This document shows, piece by piece, positions 1-7,716 of a DNA stretch of 60,532 nucleotides. Numbering within the stretch: the stretch's first letter is position 1; the number at the start of each line of letters is the position of its first letter. Under the pieces are notes generated by a model. The model made no database searches. It was not told the DNA's origin and was given only the letters and a program-made list of their open reading frames with translations. The translations under genes were made by a program, and so were the position numbers. The DNA is from Eubacteriales bacterium (GTDB lineage Bacteria > Bacillota > Clostridia > Peptostreptococcales > Acidaminobacteraceae), in contig DAOUQP010000001.1 in the NCBI GenBank assembly GCA_030625575.1, forward strand, positions 1 to 60,532, read 5' to 3'.

Positions 1-14
1 GGTATATAATTAAA

Positions 15-52
15 TACGGTTCAAAAAATTTAAGATTTTTTAGAAAGCCGTA
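15..52 (-). terminator. Imperfect 38-bp palindrome downstream of the recombinase gene (probable intrinsic terminator; alternative reading as a dif-like site, see findings)
   Basis: Plus strand TACGG-TTCAAAAAAT-TTAAG-ATTTTTTAGAA-AG-CCGTA. On the minus strand the hairpin is followed by TTTAATTATAT. It lies 57 nt past the stop codon at 109-111. Confidence 0.4.
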
Positions 53-108
53 CATTGAAAATTTAAATATTTGTGGATCTTTTTTTATCGAAGCATATGT
101 TTTCATTA

Positions 109-1209
109 TTATTCCTCATTTTTATCTAGTTCATAATTTGCTATGATATCTCGTTTTGAATTCTTCTTGTGTGCAGAATAAAGTTGAGTAGTCGTAACAT
201 TGTCATGATCTAATAAATTTTGCACATCATAAATGGAAAATCCAAATTCAATTAATGTGCTGGCCGCCGTCGCTCTCAATTTATGAGGGCTGTAGCCACT
301 ATCACGTGGTTTATCAAGTGCAATGGAAGTATATTTTTTTACAAGTTTTCTTATACTTCTTTCACTAAGTCTCTTTTGCTGCATAGAAAGAAACAATGCA
401 TCTTCATCATCTGTATTCTTGTAACGCTCGTTTTTTATATAATCCTTAACAGCAGCCTCAATAGATTGATTTAATGGCATAATGGACTCTTTAGCGCGTT
501 TCCTATAGATTACAAATTCTTTTCTAGTGAAGTTAAAAGATGAGATATTCAGTTCTTGTAATTCTTTAAGCCTAAGTCCATAAGTTGTAAATAAAAGAAT
601 GATTGCCTTATCTCTAAGTTTAGTTTTATCCCAATATTTTTTTTCGCCTTCAGTTAAACCAGCCCCGGTTTTTACCACTTCCAATAATTTGTTCAATTCT
701 TCTATATAAAGTCTTTTTATTGCATCCGGCTGAGGTTTGGGAAGTTTAATCGGGTTCAATCCTTCGACAATATTCCTATCAACTTGTTCATTTCTATATA
801 GAAATTTGAATAGGGAAGACAGAGCCGATTTTTTTCTTGATAATGCACGGTTGTTATTCTCATATACAGTTGTAGAATCTCCAGAATTTTTGTAATAGCG
901 TGTGCAATAATCTCCTAAAAAAATATTTACATCTCGTGATTTTATTTTATTGAATTCATTTTCTGAGATATATGAAATGTCAGTAGAAGCAGTAATATCT
1001 GATTCTTCAATCAAATACTCACAATAAAATTTAATATCATTCAAATACGCATATCTTGAATTTATAGCAACTGCACCTTTTAGATATATAAAATAATCCC
1101 TCATGAACTTCGGTAGGGAGTTTTCAATAGCAATAATTTTTTCTATGGTCTGATGTTCTTTAGAAACGATATTATCTGGCTTTGAAGATTTATTATGTAT
1201 TTTAATCAT
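109..1209 (-). CDS. Tyrosine site-specific recombinase, Xer-like (XerS/XerC/XerD type, phage-integrase family)
   Basis: 366-aa ORF. The catalytic set is readable in the translation: GLRLKEL (Arg), HKLRATAAS (His-x-x-Arg), LLDH (His), TQLYS (Tyr). The N-terminal core-binding region contains RALSRKKSALSSLFKFL. SD AAGGTGA lies just upstream of the ATG at 1209. Confidence 0.85.
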   Translation of the reverse strand: MIKIHNKSSKPDNIVSKEHQTIEKIIAIENSLPKFMRDYFIYLKGAVAINSRYAYLNDIKFYCEYLIEESDITASTDISYISENEFNKIKSRDVNIFLGDYCTRYYKNSGDSTTVYENNNRALSRKKSALSSLFKFLYRNEQVDRNIVEGLNPIKLPKPQPDAIKRLYIEELNKLLEVVKTGAGLTEGEKKYWDKTKLRDKAIILLFTTYGLRLKELQELNISSFNFTRKEFVIYRKRAKESIMPLNQSIEAAVKDYIKNERYKNTDDEDALFLSMQQKRLSERSIRKLVKKYTSIALDKPRDSGYSPHKLRATAASTLIEFGFSIYDVQNLLDHDNVTTTQLYSAHKKNSKRDIIANYELDKNEE

Positions 1210-1242
1210 TTTATCACCTTTTTATAAATAGATTATATTGAT

Positions 1243-1251
1243 ATTATAACA
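1243..1251 (-). promoter_or_regulatory. Extended -10 promoter candidate for the recombinase gene
   Basis: Minus strand reads TGTTATAAT (TGn + TATAAT) about 35 nt upstream of the ATG at 1209. No good -35. Confidence 0.35.
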
Positions 1252-1369
1252 TTCTTTTACAGGGGAAGGGCTTATATTTTATCTGCAATATGCTATTATG
1301 ATATAGTAAAGCAATAATCCAACTGTGCCTTAAATGTATATTTAGGGTATAGTTTAAAGGAGCGAAATA

Positions 1370-1900
1370 ATGATAATATCTAAACAATTCAACTTTGATG
1401 AATTTACTAAAAAATACCTCAACGAACCATTGGTACATTCCTATTGTAAATCTTGTGAGAATTATAATTTAAATTATTCTTGCCCCGATCACAAAGATTC
1501 TCTAATTGAAAAATATAAAAATTATAAATACATAACTGTTTTTATTTATAAAGACACATATGATCAATTTGTTACTCATGAAGATGCATATTGGAATGCT
1601 AGAAATTTTATAGATAAAGCAATCTTTGATTTTGAAAAAGAAACAAATTCTATAGGATTGATTCCTGGTAAATGCATACTCTGCAATCCTTGTTTAAAAA
1701 CACTTGATGAACCATGCCCAACACCGGAGCTTATTAGGCATTCACTTGAAACCATTGGTTTTCATGTTTCAAACATAATTGAAAATGAGTTCAATGAGAA
1801 ACTTGAATGGGATACCAAAATATTACATTTGGTTTTTGCTGCCTTGAGCAATCAACCTATAACAGCTAAATTTGATGATTTTCTAAAATTTTATATATAA
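1370..1900 (+). CDS. Cys-rich predicted metal-binding protein, DUF2284-like
   Basis: 176-aa ORF with SD AAAGGAG 7 nt before the ATG. Cys clusters CKSCENYNLNYSCP and GKCILCNPC...EPCP match my recollection of the DUF2284 pattern (CxxC...Y...CP plus a second Cys cluster). Confidence 0.6.
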   Translation: MIISKQFNFDEFTKKYLNEPLVHSYCKSCENYNLNYSCPDHKDSLIEKYKNYKYITVFIYKDTYDQFVTHEDAYWNARNFIDKAIFDFEKETNSIGLIPGKCILCNPCLKTLDEPCPTPELIRHSLETIGFHVSNIIENEFNEKLEWDTKILHLVFAALSNQPITAKFDDFLKFYI

Positions 1901-1999
1901 ATTAATTTATAGTATTGCGAATAATTATGTTTACCATTATAATATTGTTAGTTTTTACTTAATTACTCCCCTATAATATTTAATAAATATTATACTTTT

Positions 2000-2029
2000 A
2001 TACGGCTATTTATAGCCGTATTGTTTTAT
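2000..2029 (+). terminator. Rho-independent terminator after the DUF2284-like gene
   Basis: ATACGGCTA-TTTA-TAGCCGTAT (9-bp stem) followed by TGTTTTATG. It overlaps the ORF-track start of ung at 2028, which argues for the later ung start. Confidence 0.6.
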
Positions 2030-2054
2030 GTTATTATATTTACAGGTGATTAAA

Positions 2055-2735
2055 ATGAGAGAATATTTACATACTGATTGGAACGAAATACTAGAAAAAG
2101 AATTTGAAAAAGATTATTATAAAAAACTAGAATCTTTCTTGGTAAATGAAAATACTGATTTTACTATATACCCAAAGAAAGAAGATGTTTTTAGTGCTCT
2201 GAATTATACTTCTTATAGGGATACCAAAGTGGTTATTATAGGGCAAGATCCTTATCATGGGGAAAATCAGGCTCACGGTTTGTGCTTTTCAGTACAACCT
2301 ACCGTTAAAATCCCCCCTTCCCTTAGAAATATTTATAAAGAATTGAATAAGGATTTAGGATGCACTATTCCTGATAACGGTTATCTTGTAGATTGGGCAA
2401 AACAAGGAATATTAATGATTAATACAGTATTGACTGTACGTGCACATGATGCAAATTCTCATCGAAAAAAAGGTTGGGAAATTTTCACAGACGAAATTAT
2501 TAAAGCTGTCAACAATAAAAAAACCCCAGTAGTTTTTATTCTATGGGGAAATAACGCACAAGAAAAAATCAAGTTGATAACAAATGAAAATCATTATATC
2601 ATTCAATCGACTCACCCTAGCCCGTTGTCGGCACATCGTGGATTTTTAGGGTCCAAACCATTTTCTAAGACAAATAAATTTTTAGAAGATAATAATCTTA
2701 AACCTATAGACTGGAATATAGCCCTTAATTGTTAA
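2055..2735 (+). CDS. ung: Uracil-DNA glycosylase (family 1)
   Basis: GQDPYHG water-activating motif and HPSPLSA leucine-loop motif. SD AGGTGA at 2044-2049 precedes the ATG at 2055. The ORF-track start at 2028 sits inside the upstream terminator. Confidence 0.95.
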   Translation: MREYLHTDWNEILEKEFEKDYYKKLESFLVNENTDFTIYPKKEDVFSALNYTSYRDTKVVIIGQDPYHGENQAHGLCFSVQPTVKIPPSLRNIYKELNKDLGCTIPDNGYLVDWAKQGILMINTVLTVRAHDANSHRKKGWEIFTDEIIKAVNNKKTPVVFILWGNNAQEKIKLITNENHYIIQSTHPSPLSAHRGFLGSKPFSKTNKFLEDNNLKPIDWNIALNC

Positions 2736-2752
2736 GGGCTATATTATTTTTT
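2721..2752. terminator. Hairpin shared by the convergent genes ung and MarR-GNAT
   Basis: GCCCTTAA-TTG-TTAAGGGC (8-bp stem). The ung TAA (2733-2735) lies in the right arm and the last stem base is the first base of the MarR-GNAT TAG (2739-2741). On the plus strand it is followed by TATATTATTTTTT. Confidence 0.55.
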
Positions 2753-3620
2753 CAAAACAATATTTGGTAATTTGCATATCTTCGTCTATATGTTCACCAA
2801 CAAATCGAAATTCAAGCAAGTTTATTAATTTCAACATCGGTATATTCTTATCTTCAATAACGATTTTTATGTATTTAGTATTTAGCTCATCAGCAATTTT
2901 GTTTATCTCTTTAATCAACTCATAACCAAATCCCATTCCTCTATATGATTCTAGAACATATAAATTTTCAATAAAGATTGCAGGATCACTAAGCGACCAA
3001 TTGAGATCTTCATATTTTTTATATTCATCATAGCTCAATTCGATGAAGCCAACTATTTTTTCTTTATAGATATACACATAGTAGTAATGATCGATGCGAT
3101 AATCAGTAACATCATTAAATAATGCTATATCGTTCATATTAGCCTTTTGAATTGAACCGGTATATAAATAGTCTCTTGAAGATTTCCATTCATTCTCAAT
3201 ATTTTTACTTATTTTATCTAGAAGTGTTCTAATATCACTTTTTTCTCTTTCACTAAATGTAGTCAACAAACTATTAAGAAGCTTGTTTTCTTCCGAAATT
3301 ACTTCTTGGTATATTTCCCTACCAGTTTGCGTTGGATAAGTTCTTAAAATTCGTTTATCATCTATATCTTTTTGTCTAAAAATAATCTGCTGCGCTTCCA
3401 ATTTTTTTAAAGCTTTTGCAACAGTTGTTTTATCTATATTCAAGGAATTAACTAAATTAAGTTGGCTGAGTCCAGGATTTTCATTTATAAATATCAAATA
3501 TGAATACTGACCACGTTTTAAACCATACTCAATATATTTTTTTGAATAAATAATATTAAGGCTTCTTGCAATTTTCTCGATTTCCCTTAAAAAATTACTT
3601 TTAATTGGCAATATTATCAC
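2739..3620 (-). CDS. MarR-family winged-helix regulator fused to a GNAT N-acetyltransferase domain
   Basis: N-terminal half: LSQLNLVNSLNIDKTTVAKALKKLEAQQIIFRQKDIDDKRILRTYPT (MarR wHTH pattern). C-terminal half: VLESYRGMGFGYELIKEI (GNAT motif A, R-x-x-G-x-G). The start is uncertain (GTG at 3620 or TTG three codons later). Confidence 0.8.
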   Translation of the reverse strand: MIILPIKSNFLREIEKIARSLNIIYSKKYIEYGLKRGQYSYLIFINENPGLSQLNLVNSLNIDKTTVAKALKKLEAQQIIFRQKDIDDKRILRTYPTQTGREIYQEVISEENKLLNSLLTTFSEREKSDIRTLLDKISKNIENEWKSSRDYLYTGSIQKANMNDIALFNDVTDYRIDHYYYVYIYKEKIVGFIELSYDEYKKYEDLNWSLSDPAIFIENLYVLESYRGMGFGYELIKEINKIADELNTKYIKIVIEDKNIPMLKLINLLEFRFVGEHIDEDMQITKYCFEKII

Positions 3621-3636
3621 ATCCCTTTATAAATAT

Positions 3637-3666
3637 AGTATAAAACTTTATAGTTGATAATTCAAC
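3637..3666 (-). promoter_or_regulatory. Sigma-A type promoter with an overlapping palindromic operator candidate for the MarR-GNAT gene
   Basis: Minus strand: TTGAAT (3665-3660), 17-nt spacer, TATACT (3642-3637). The palindrome GTTGA-TAAT-TCAAC (3653-3666) overlaps the -35. Confidence 0.45.
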
Positions 3667-3798
3667 CAAAATAAAAACTACATTATGAAAAATAATCCTA
3701 TAACGTATAGAATTATCAGTCTATTGCTAGGTAATAGTAATCTACCCATTCTTTAGGCAATTCACTCAAATAATGTACCTGTTAGATTATTTTCCTTC

Positions 3799-3826
3799 CA
3801 AAAAATAAAGACTCCTAAGAGTCTTT
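3799..3826 (-). terminator. Rho-independent terminator after purB
   Basis: Minus strand AAAGACTC-TTAG-GAGTCTTT followed by ATTTTTTGG. The stem overlaps the purB TAA stop. Confidence 0.8.
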
Positions 3827-5255
3827 ATACTTTCAATTCTGTATTAATTCTTTCTTTATCTAAATATTTATTTAAAATCGGGACTATATTTTCCTTAATA
3901 AATTCATCAACTTGCTCAGATGATCTGCCTATATAATCATTTGGATTCAACAATTTGGAAATATCATTTTCGTTCAATTTGAAAATTGGATTTTTTGATA
4001 TACGCTCAAGTAAATCATTTTCCAGTCCGTATTCCTTAACTTGTTTCCCGGCTTCCATGGAATGAATTCTAATCGCCTCATGCAATTCTTGTCTGTCCCC
4101 ACCCTTTTTCACAGCTTCCATAATAATATTCTCTGTTGCCATGAATGGGAGCTCTGACATTACGTGTTTTTCAATTACTTTTGGATAAACCACCAAATTT
4201 GAAGTTACATTGATAGCAATGTCAATTATTGAATCAATTGCAAGAAAACTCTCAGGAATAGCCAATCTTTTATTGGCACTGTCATCTAGTGTTCTTTCAA
4301 ACCACTGAGCACTTTGAGTCAGTTGAGGATTAATTGCCCCTACTATCACAAATCTGCTAAGTGCGGCGATTCTTTCGCTTCTCATCGGATTCCTTTTATA
4401 AGCCATTGCAGACGAACCAATTTGACTTTTTTCAAAAGGTTCTTCAATCTCCTTAAGATGTTGTAAAAGTCTAATATCGTTGGTTATTTTATGCATCGAT
4501 TGTGCAATATTGCTAATAGAATTTAAAACCATAGAATCAATTTTTCTCGAATAAGTTTGCCCAGTAACAGGCATAGATCCTTTAAAATTAAACTTATCTG
4601 CAATAAGTTGATCTAATTGTTTTACTTTTTCATGATCATTATTGAATAGATTTAAATAGCTAGCCTGAGTTCCTGTTGTACCCTTTACCCCTCTTAGCAT
4701 CAACTGATCTATTGTAAACTCGATATATTCAAAGTCAAGCAATAAATCCATTAACCATAATGTTGCTCTTTTCCCTACAGTAGTCAATTGTGCAGGTTGA
4801 AAATGAGTAAATCCTAAAGTCGGTAAATCTTTATATTCTATAGAAAACTCTGAAAGTTTGTTCATTAAATATACCAACTTGTTTCTAACTAAATATAATG
4901 CATCTCTCATTTGAATAACATCAGTGTTATCACCAACAAAAGCACTTGTAGCACCAAGATGAATTATTGGCTTTGCCTTTGGACATACCTCACCAAATGT
5001 ATGAACATGCGCCATTACATCATGTCTAAACTTTTTTTCATACATTGCAGCAACATCATAATCTATATCATCAATATGATTTTTCATCTCTTCTATTTGC
5101 TCATCGCTTATATTCAATCCCAAACTTTTTTCAGATTCCGCTAATGCAAGCCATAATTTTCTCCATGTTGAAAATTTGTAATTTGGAGAAAAAATTGTCA
5201 GCATTTCTTTACTGGCATATCTTGTTTCTAATGGATTTTCATAAAAAGGTTTCAT
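3825..5255 (-). CDS. purB: Adenylosuccinate lyase
   Basis: 476 aa. Fumarate-lyase signature GSSAMAYKRNP. Full-length architecture typical of PurB. SD GGGAGG upstream. Confidence 0.95.
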   Translation of the reverse strand: MKPFYENPLETRYASKEMLTIFSPNYKFSTWRKLWLALAESEKSLGLNISDEQIEEMKNHIDDIDYDVAAMYEKKFRHDVMAHVHTFGEVCPKAKPIIHLGATSAFVGDNTDVIQMRDALYLVRNKLVYLMNKLSEFSIEYKDLPTLGFTHFQPAQLTTVGKRATLWLMDLLLDFEYIEFTIDQLMLRGVKGTTGTQASYLNLFNNDHEKVKQLDQLIADKFNFKGSMPVTGQTYSRKIDSMVLNSISNIAQSMHKITNDIRLLQHLKEIEEPFEKSQIGSSAMAYKRNPMRSERIAALSRFVIVGAINPQLTQSAQWFERTLDDSANKRLAIPESFLAIDSIIDIAINVTSNLVVYPKVIEKHVMSELPFMATENIIMEAVKKGGDRQELHEAIRIHSMEAGKQVKEYGLENDLLERISKNPIFKLNENDISKLLNPNDYIGRSSEQVDEFIKENIVPILNKYLDKERINTELKV

Positions 5256-5303
5256 AGTTCCTCCCGAATATTTATTAAGTATATTATTATTTTGTTCGTA
5301 TTT

Positions 5304-5332
5304 ATTTTATACGAAAATTTATTTTAAATCAA
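5304..5332 (-). promoter_or_regulatory. Promoter candidate for purB
   Basis: Minus strand TTGATT (5332-5327), 17-nt spacer, TAAAAT (5309-5304). It overlaps the inverted CGAA-containing boxes (see finding). Confidence 0.4.
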
Positions 5333-5335
5333 GTA

Positions 5336-5362
5336 TAAAAAAAGACCAGAATAATCTGATCT
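5336..5362 (-). terminator. Rho-independent terminator after the second spoVS copy
   Basis: Minus strand AGATCAG-ATTATT-CTGGTCT (7 bp including one G-U pair) followed by TTTTTTTATAC. Confidence 0.8.
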
Positions 5363-5363
5363 T

Positions 5364-5624
5364 TTATCTTGGTTGAATAATTAATTTAATAGCAGTTCTT
5401 TCTTCACCATTTATTTCTACATCCGTAAATGCAGGTATGAAAATCAAATCAATTCCTGTTGGTGCAACAAAACCTCTAGCTATAGCTATAGCTTTGACGG
5501 ACTGATTGATTGCTCCAGCTCCGATTGCTTGAATTTCTGCCTTCCCATGTTCTCTAATAACTCCAGCTATTGCACCAGCAACTGAATTAGGATTTGATTT
5601 AGATGAGACTGTTAATACTTCCAA
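5364..5624 (-). CDS. spoVS: Stage V sporulation protein S family protein (copy B)
   Basis: 86 aa, MEVLTVSSKSNPNSVAGAIAGVIREHGKAEIQAIGAGAINQ..., matching the SpoVS family end to end. TTG start with SD GGGGGA. Confidence 0.9.
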   Translation of the reverse strand: MEVLTVSSKSNPNSVAGAIAGVIREHGKAEIQAIGAGAINQSVKAIAIARGFVAPTGIDLIFIPAFTDVEINGEERTAIKLIIQPR

Positions 5625-5649
5625 AATAATCCCCCTTTAATATATTTAT

Positions 5650-5910
5650 TTATCTTGGTTGTACAATTAACTTAATTGCTGTTCGTTCTTCACCGTCGAT
5701 TTCCACGTCGGTAAATGCAGGAATACAAACTAAATCAATTCCTGTTGGTGCAACAAAACCTCTAGCTATTGCTATAGCTTTGATGGACTGATTAATTGCT
5801 CCAGCTCCGATTGCTTGAATTTCCGCCATCCCATGTTCTCTAATAACTCCTGCGAGTGCTCCCGCAACTGAATTTGGGTTTGACTTTGATGAAACTTTTA
5901 ATACTTCCAC
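5650..5910 (-). CDS. spoVS: Stage V sporulation protein S family protein (copy A)
   Basis: 86 aa, differing from copy B at 8 residues. GTG start with SD AAGGAGG. Confidence 0.9.
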   Translation of the reverse strand: MEVLKVSSKSNPNSVAGALAGVIREHGMAEIQAIGAGAINQSIKAIAIARGFVAPTGIDLVCIPAFTDVEIDGEERTAIKLIVQPR

Positions 5911-6018
5911 AATTATTCCTCCTTAAATAGCATAAAAAATATTATTTCTATTGCAAAATATTATTCTAGATATTAACTTATTCTATATTTCTTTAATAAA
6001 TCCTCTTTTAATTTTGCC

Positions 6019-6051
6019 AAAAAAATAAAATAGCCCTTATAAAGGGCTATT
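6019..6051 (-). terminator. Rho-independent terminator after rny
   Basis: Minus strand AATAGCCCTT-TAT-AAGGGCTATT followed by TTATTTTTTTGG. The rny TAG stop lies in the 5' arm. Confidence 0.85.
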
Positions 6052-7588
6052 TTGCATACTCTATTGCTCTTGTTTCTCTAATTATATGGACTTTTACTTG
6101 TCCAGGATAATCTAATTCGTTCTCAATTCGTTTACTGATATCTCTTGCCAATACAACCATTTCATCATCATTGATCTTTTCAGGTACAACCATGATTCTA
6201 ACTTCTCTACCGGCTTGTATAGCATACGATTTTTCAACACTCTCATAACTATTTGTAATGTTTTCTAATGCTTCTAATCTTTTTACATAATTATCAAGTG
6301 TTTCTCTTCTAGCACCAGGTCTAGCAGCTGAAATCGCATCAGCAGCAGTAACCAATATTGCCTCGATTGTCTCAGGCTCATAATCGCCATGATGAGTACT
6401 CATTGCATGAATAACTAATTTTGATTCTTTATATTTTTTCAAAAGATTCATACCGATTTCAACATGAGTTCCTTCGATTTCGTGATCGACTGCTTTACCA
6501 ATATCATGTAATAATCCTGCTCGTTTTGCAATTCTAACATCAAGCTCCAATTCAGCAGCCATTGTTCCTGCTAAATAAGCTACTTCAAGAGAATGCTTGA
6601 GTACATTTTGTCCATAACTAGTTCTATATTTTAATCTGCCTATTAACTTGATTAGTTCTGGATGAATGTTATGAATTCCCAAATCAAAAGTAGCGTTTTC
6701 ACCTTCTTCTTTCAATTGTTCTTCCATTTCACGTTTTGATTTCTCAACCATTTCTTCAATTCTTGCTGGATGAATACGTCCATCCACAATCAATTTTTCT
6801 AATGCTCCTTTAGCAATCTCTCGTCTCACAGGATCGAATGAAGATAATATTACAGCTTCTGGAGTATCATCAATAATTAAATCCACACCAGTCATTGTCT
6901 CTATAGCTCTAATGTTTCTTCCTTCACGCCCTATTATACGTCCCTTCATTTCTTCATTTGGCAACGCAACTACTGAAACTGTAGATTCTGCAACATAATC
7001 TGCGGCACATTTTTGAATTGCATAAGCTAAAATTTCTTTTGATTTTTTATCAACTTTTAATTTAGCTTCGCTTTCCATATTTTTAATCATAACAGCTTTT
7101 TCATGAGTAAGATTTTTTTCTACATCAAACAATAACTGATTTCTTGCATCTTCAACTGTTAGCAACGCAATTCTTTCAAGTTCTTGTAATTGTTTTTCAT
7201 GTAGTGAATTAACTTTACTTTCAATACGTTCCAGTTCTTTTTCTTTATTTGTGATAGTTTTCTCTCTAGTTTCAAACTGTACTAATTTATGATCTAAAGA
7301 TTCTTCTTTTTGTAAATTCCTTCTTTCAACTTTCTGAAGTTCATTACGTCTTTCTCTTGTCTCTTTTTCAAGTTCAATTCTCATTCTATGAACTTCTTCT
7401 TTTGCCTCAATCAGCATTTCCTTTTTTGTTGTTTCTGCTTGTTTTTTGGCTTCTAAAATTATAAAATCAGCTTGATCTTCAGCGCTTTTAATTTTCTTCT
7501 CAGCAATCGCTTTACGCAATGCATATCCAATCAACAACCCAACAGGAAAGGATACGCCTACAGCAATAATTATTAAATAATTATTAAT
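6047..7588 (-). CDS. rny: Ribonuclease Y
   Basis: KH domain ([11 protein letters not shown]) and HD domain (LLHDIGKA...HH). The ORF track starts at a TTG (7537), which would remove the N-terminal membrane helix. The in-frame upstream codons encode [22 protein letters not shown] after GGAGGTG plus 5 nt plus ATT (7588). The 5' end is therefore uncertain (7537 to 7588). Confidence 0.9.
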   Translation of the reverse strand: MNNYLIIIAVGVSFPVGLLIGYALRKAIAEKKIKSAEDQADFIILEAKKQAETTKKEMLIEAKEEVHRMRIELEKETRERRNELQKVERRNLQKEESLDHKLVQFETREKTITNKEKELERIESKVNSLHEKQLQELERIALLTVEDARNQLLFDVEKNLTHEKAVMIKNMESEAKLKVDKKSKEILAYAIQKCAADYVAESTVSVVALPNEEMKGRIIGREGRNIRAIETMTGVDLIIDDTPEAVILSSFDPVRREIAKGALEKLIVDGRIHPARIEEMVEKSKREMEEQLKEEGENATFDLGIHNIHPELIKLIGRLKYRTSYGQNVLKHSLEVAYLAGTMAAELELDVRIAKRAGLLHDIGKAVDHEIEGTHVEIGMNLLKKYKESKLVIHAMSTHHGDYEPETIEAILVTAADAISAARPGARRETLDNYVKRLEALENITNSYESVEKSYAIQAGREVRIMVVPEKINDDEMVVLARDISKRIENELDYPGQVKVHIIRETRAIEYAK

Positions 7589-7668
7589 AGTGCCACCTCC
7601 CTTATTTTTTTATATTTCCATTATTATATTAAATAAACATTTGTTAATAGGCTAAAACTACCATATTC

Positions 7669-7677
7669 ATTATAACA
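7669..7677 (-). promoter_or_regulatory. Extended -10 promoter candidate for rny
   Basis: Minus strand TGTTATAAT immediately downstream of the recA terminator. Confidence 0.4.
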
Positions 7678-7710
7678 TAAAAAGAAGCAGTATAACTACT
7701 TCTTTTTTTT
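7677..7710. terminator. Terminator after recA, with T-runs on both strands
   Basis: Stem GAAGCAG/CTACTTC (7684-7702, one wobble pair), flanked by A5 on the left and T8 on the right. On the minus strand it is followed by TTTTTAT. Confidence 0.7.
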
Positions 7711-7716
7711 ATGGAA

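Noticed and set aside
109-1209. The recombinase as definite evidence of an integrated prophage or ICE.
   Set aside because: Only 108 nt of sequence lie beyond the gene. No att-type direct repeat, tRNA target or phage gene is visible in the window, so this cannot be decided. It is kept as an alternative under the first finding.
1244-1438. A 64-aa minus-strand ORF in the recombinase/DUF2284 divergent promoter region, and a 23-codon plus-strand ORF at about 3684-3755.
   Set aside because: Neither has an SD. Both overlap promoter or leader sequence and the start of the DUF2284 gene, and their composition is atypical. They are probably spurious.
5296-5330. A CodY-box-like sequence AATTTTCGTATAAAA near the purB promoter.
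   Set aside because: It matches only about 10 of 15 positions of AATTTTCWGAAAATT in an AT-rich background. That is indistinguishable from chance, and the PurBox-like reading fits better.
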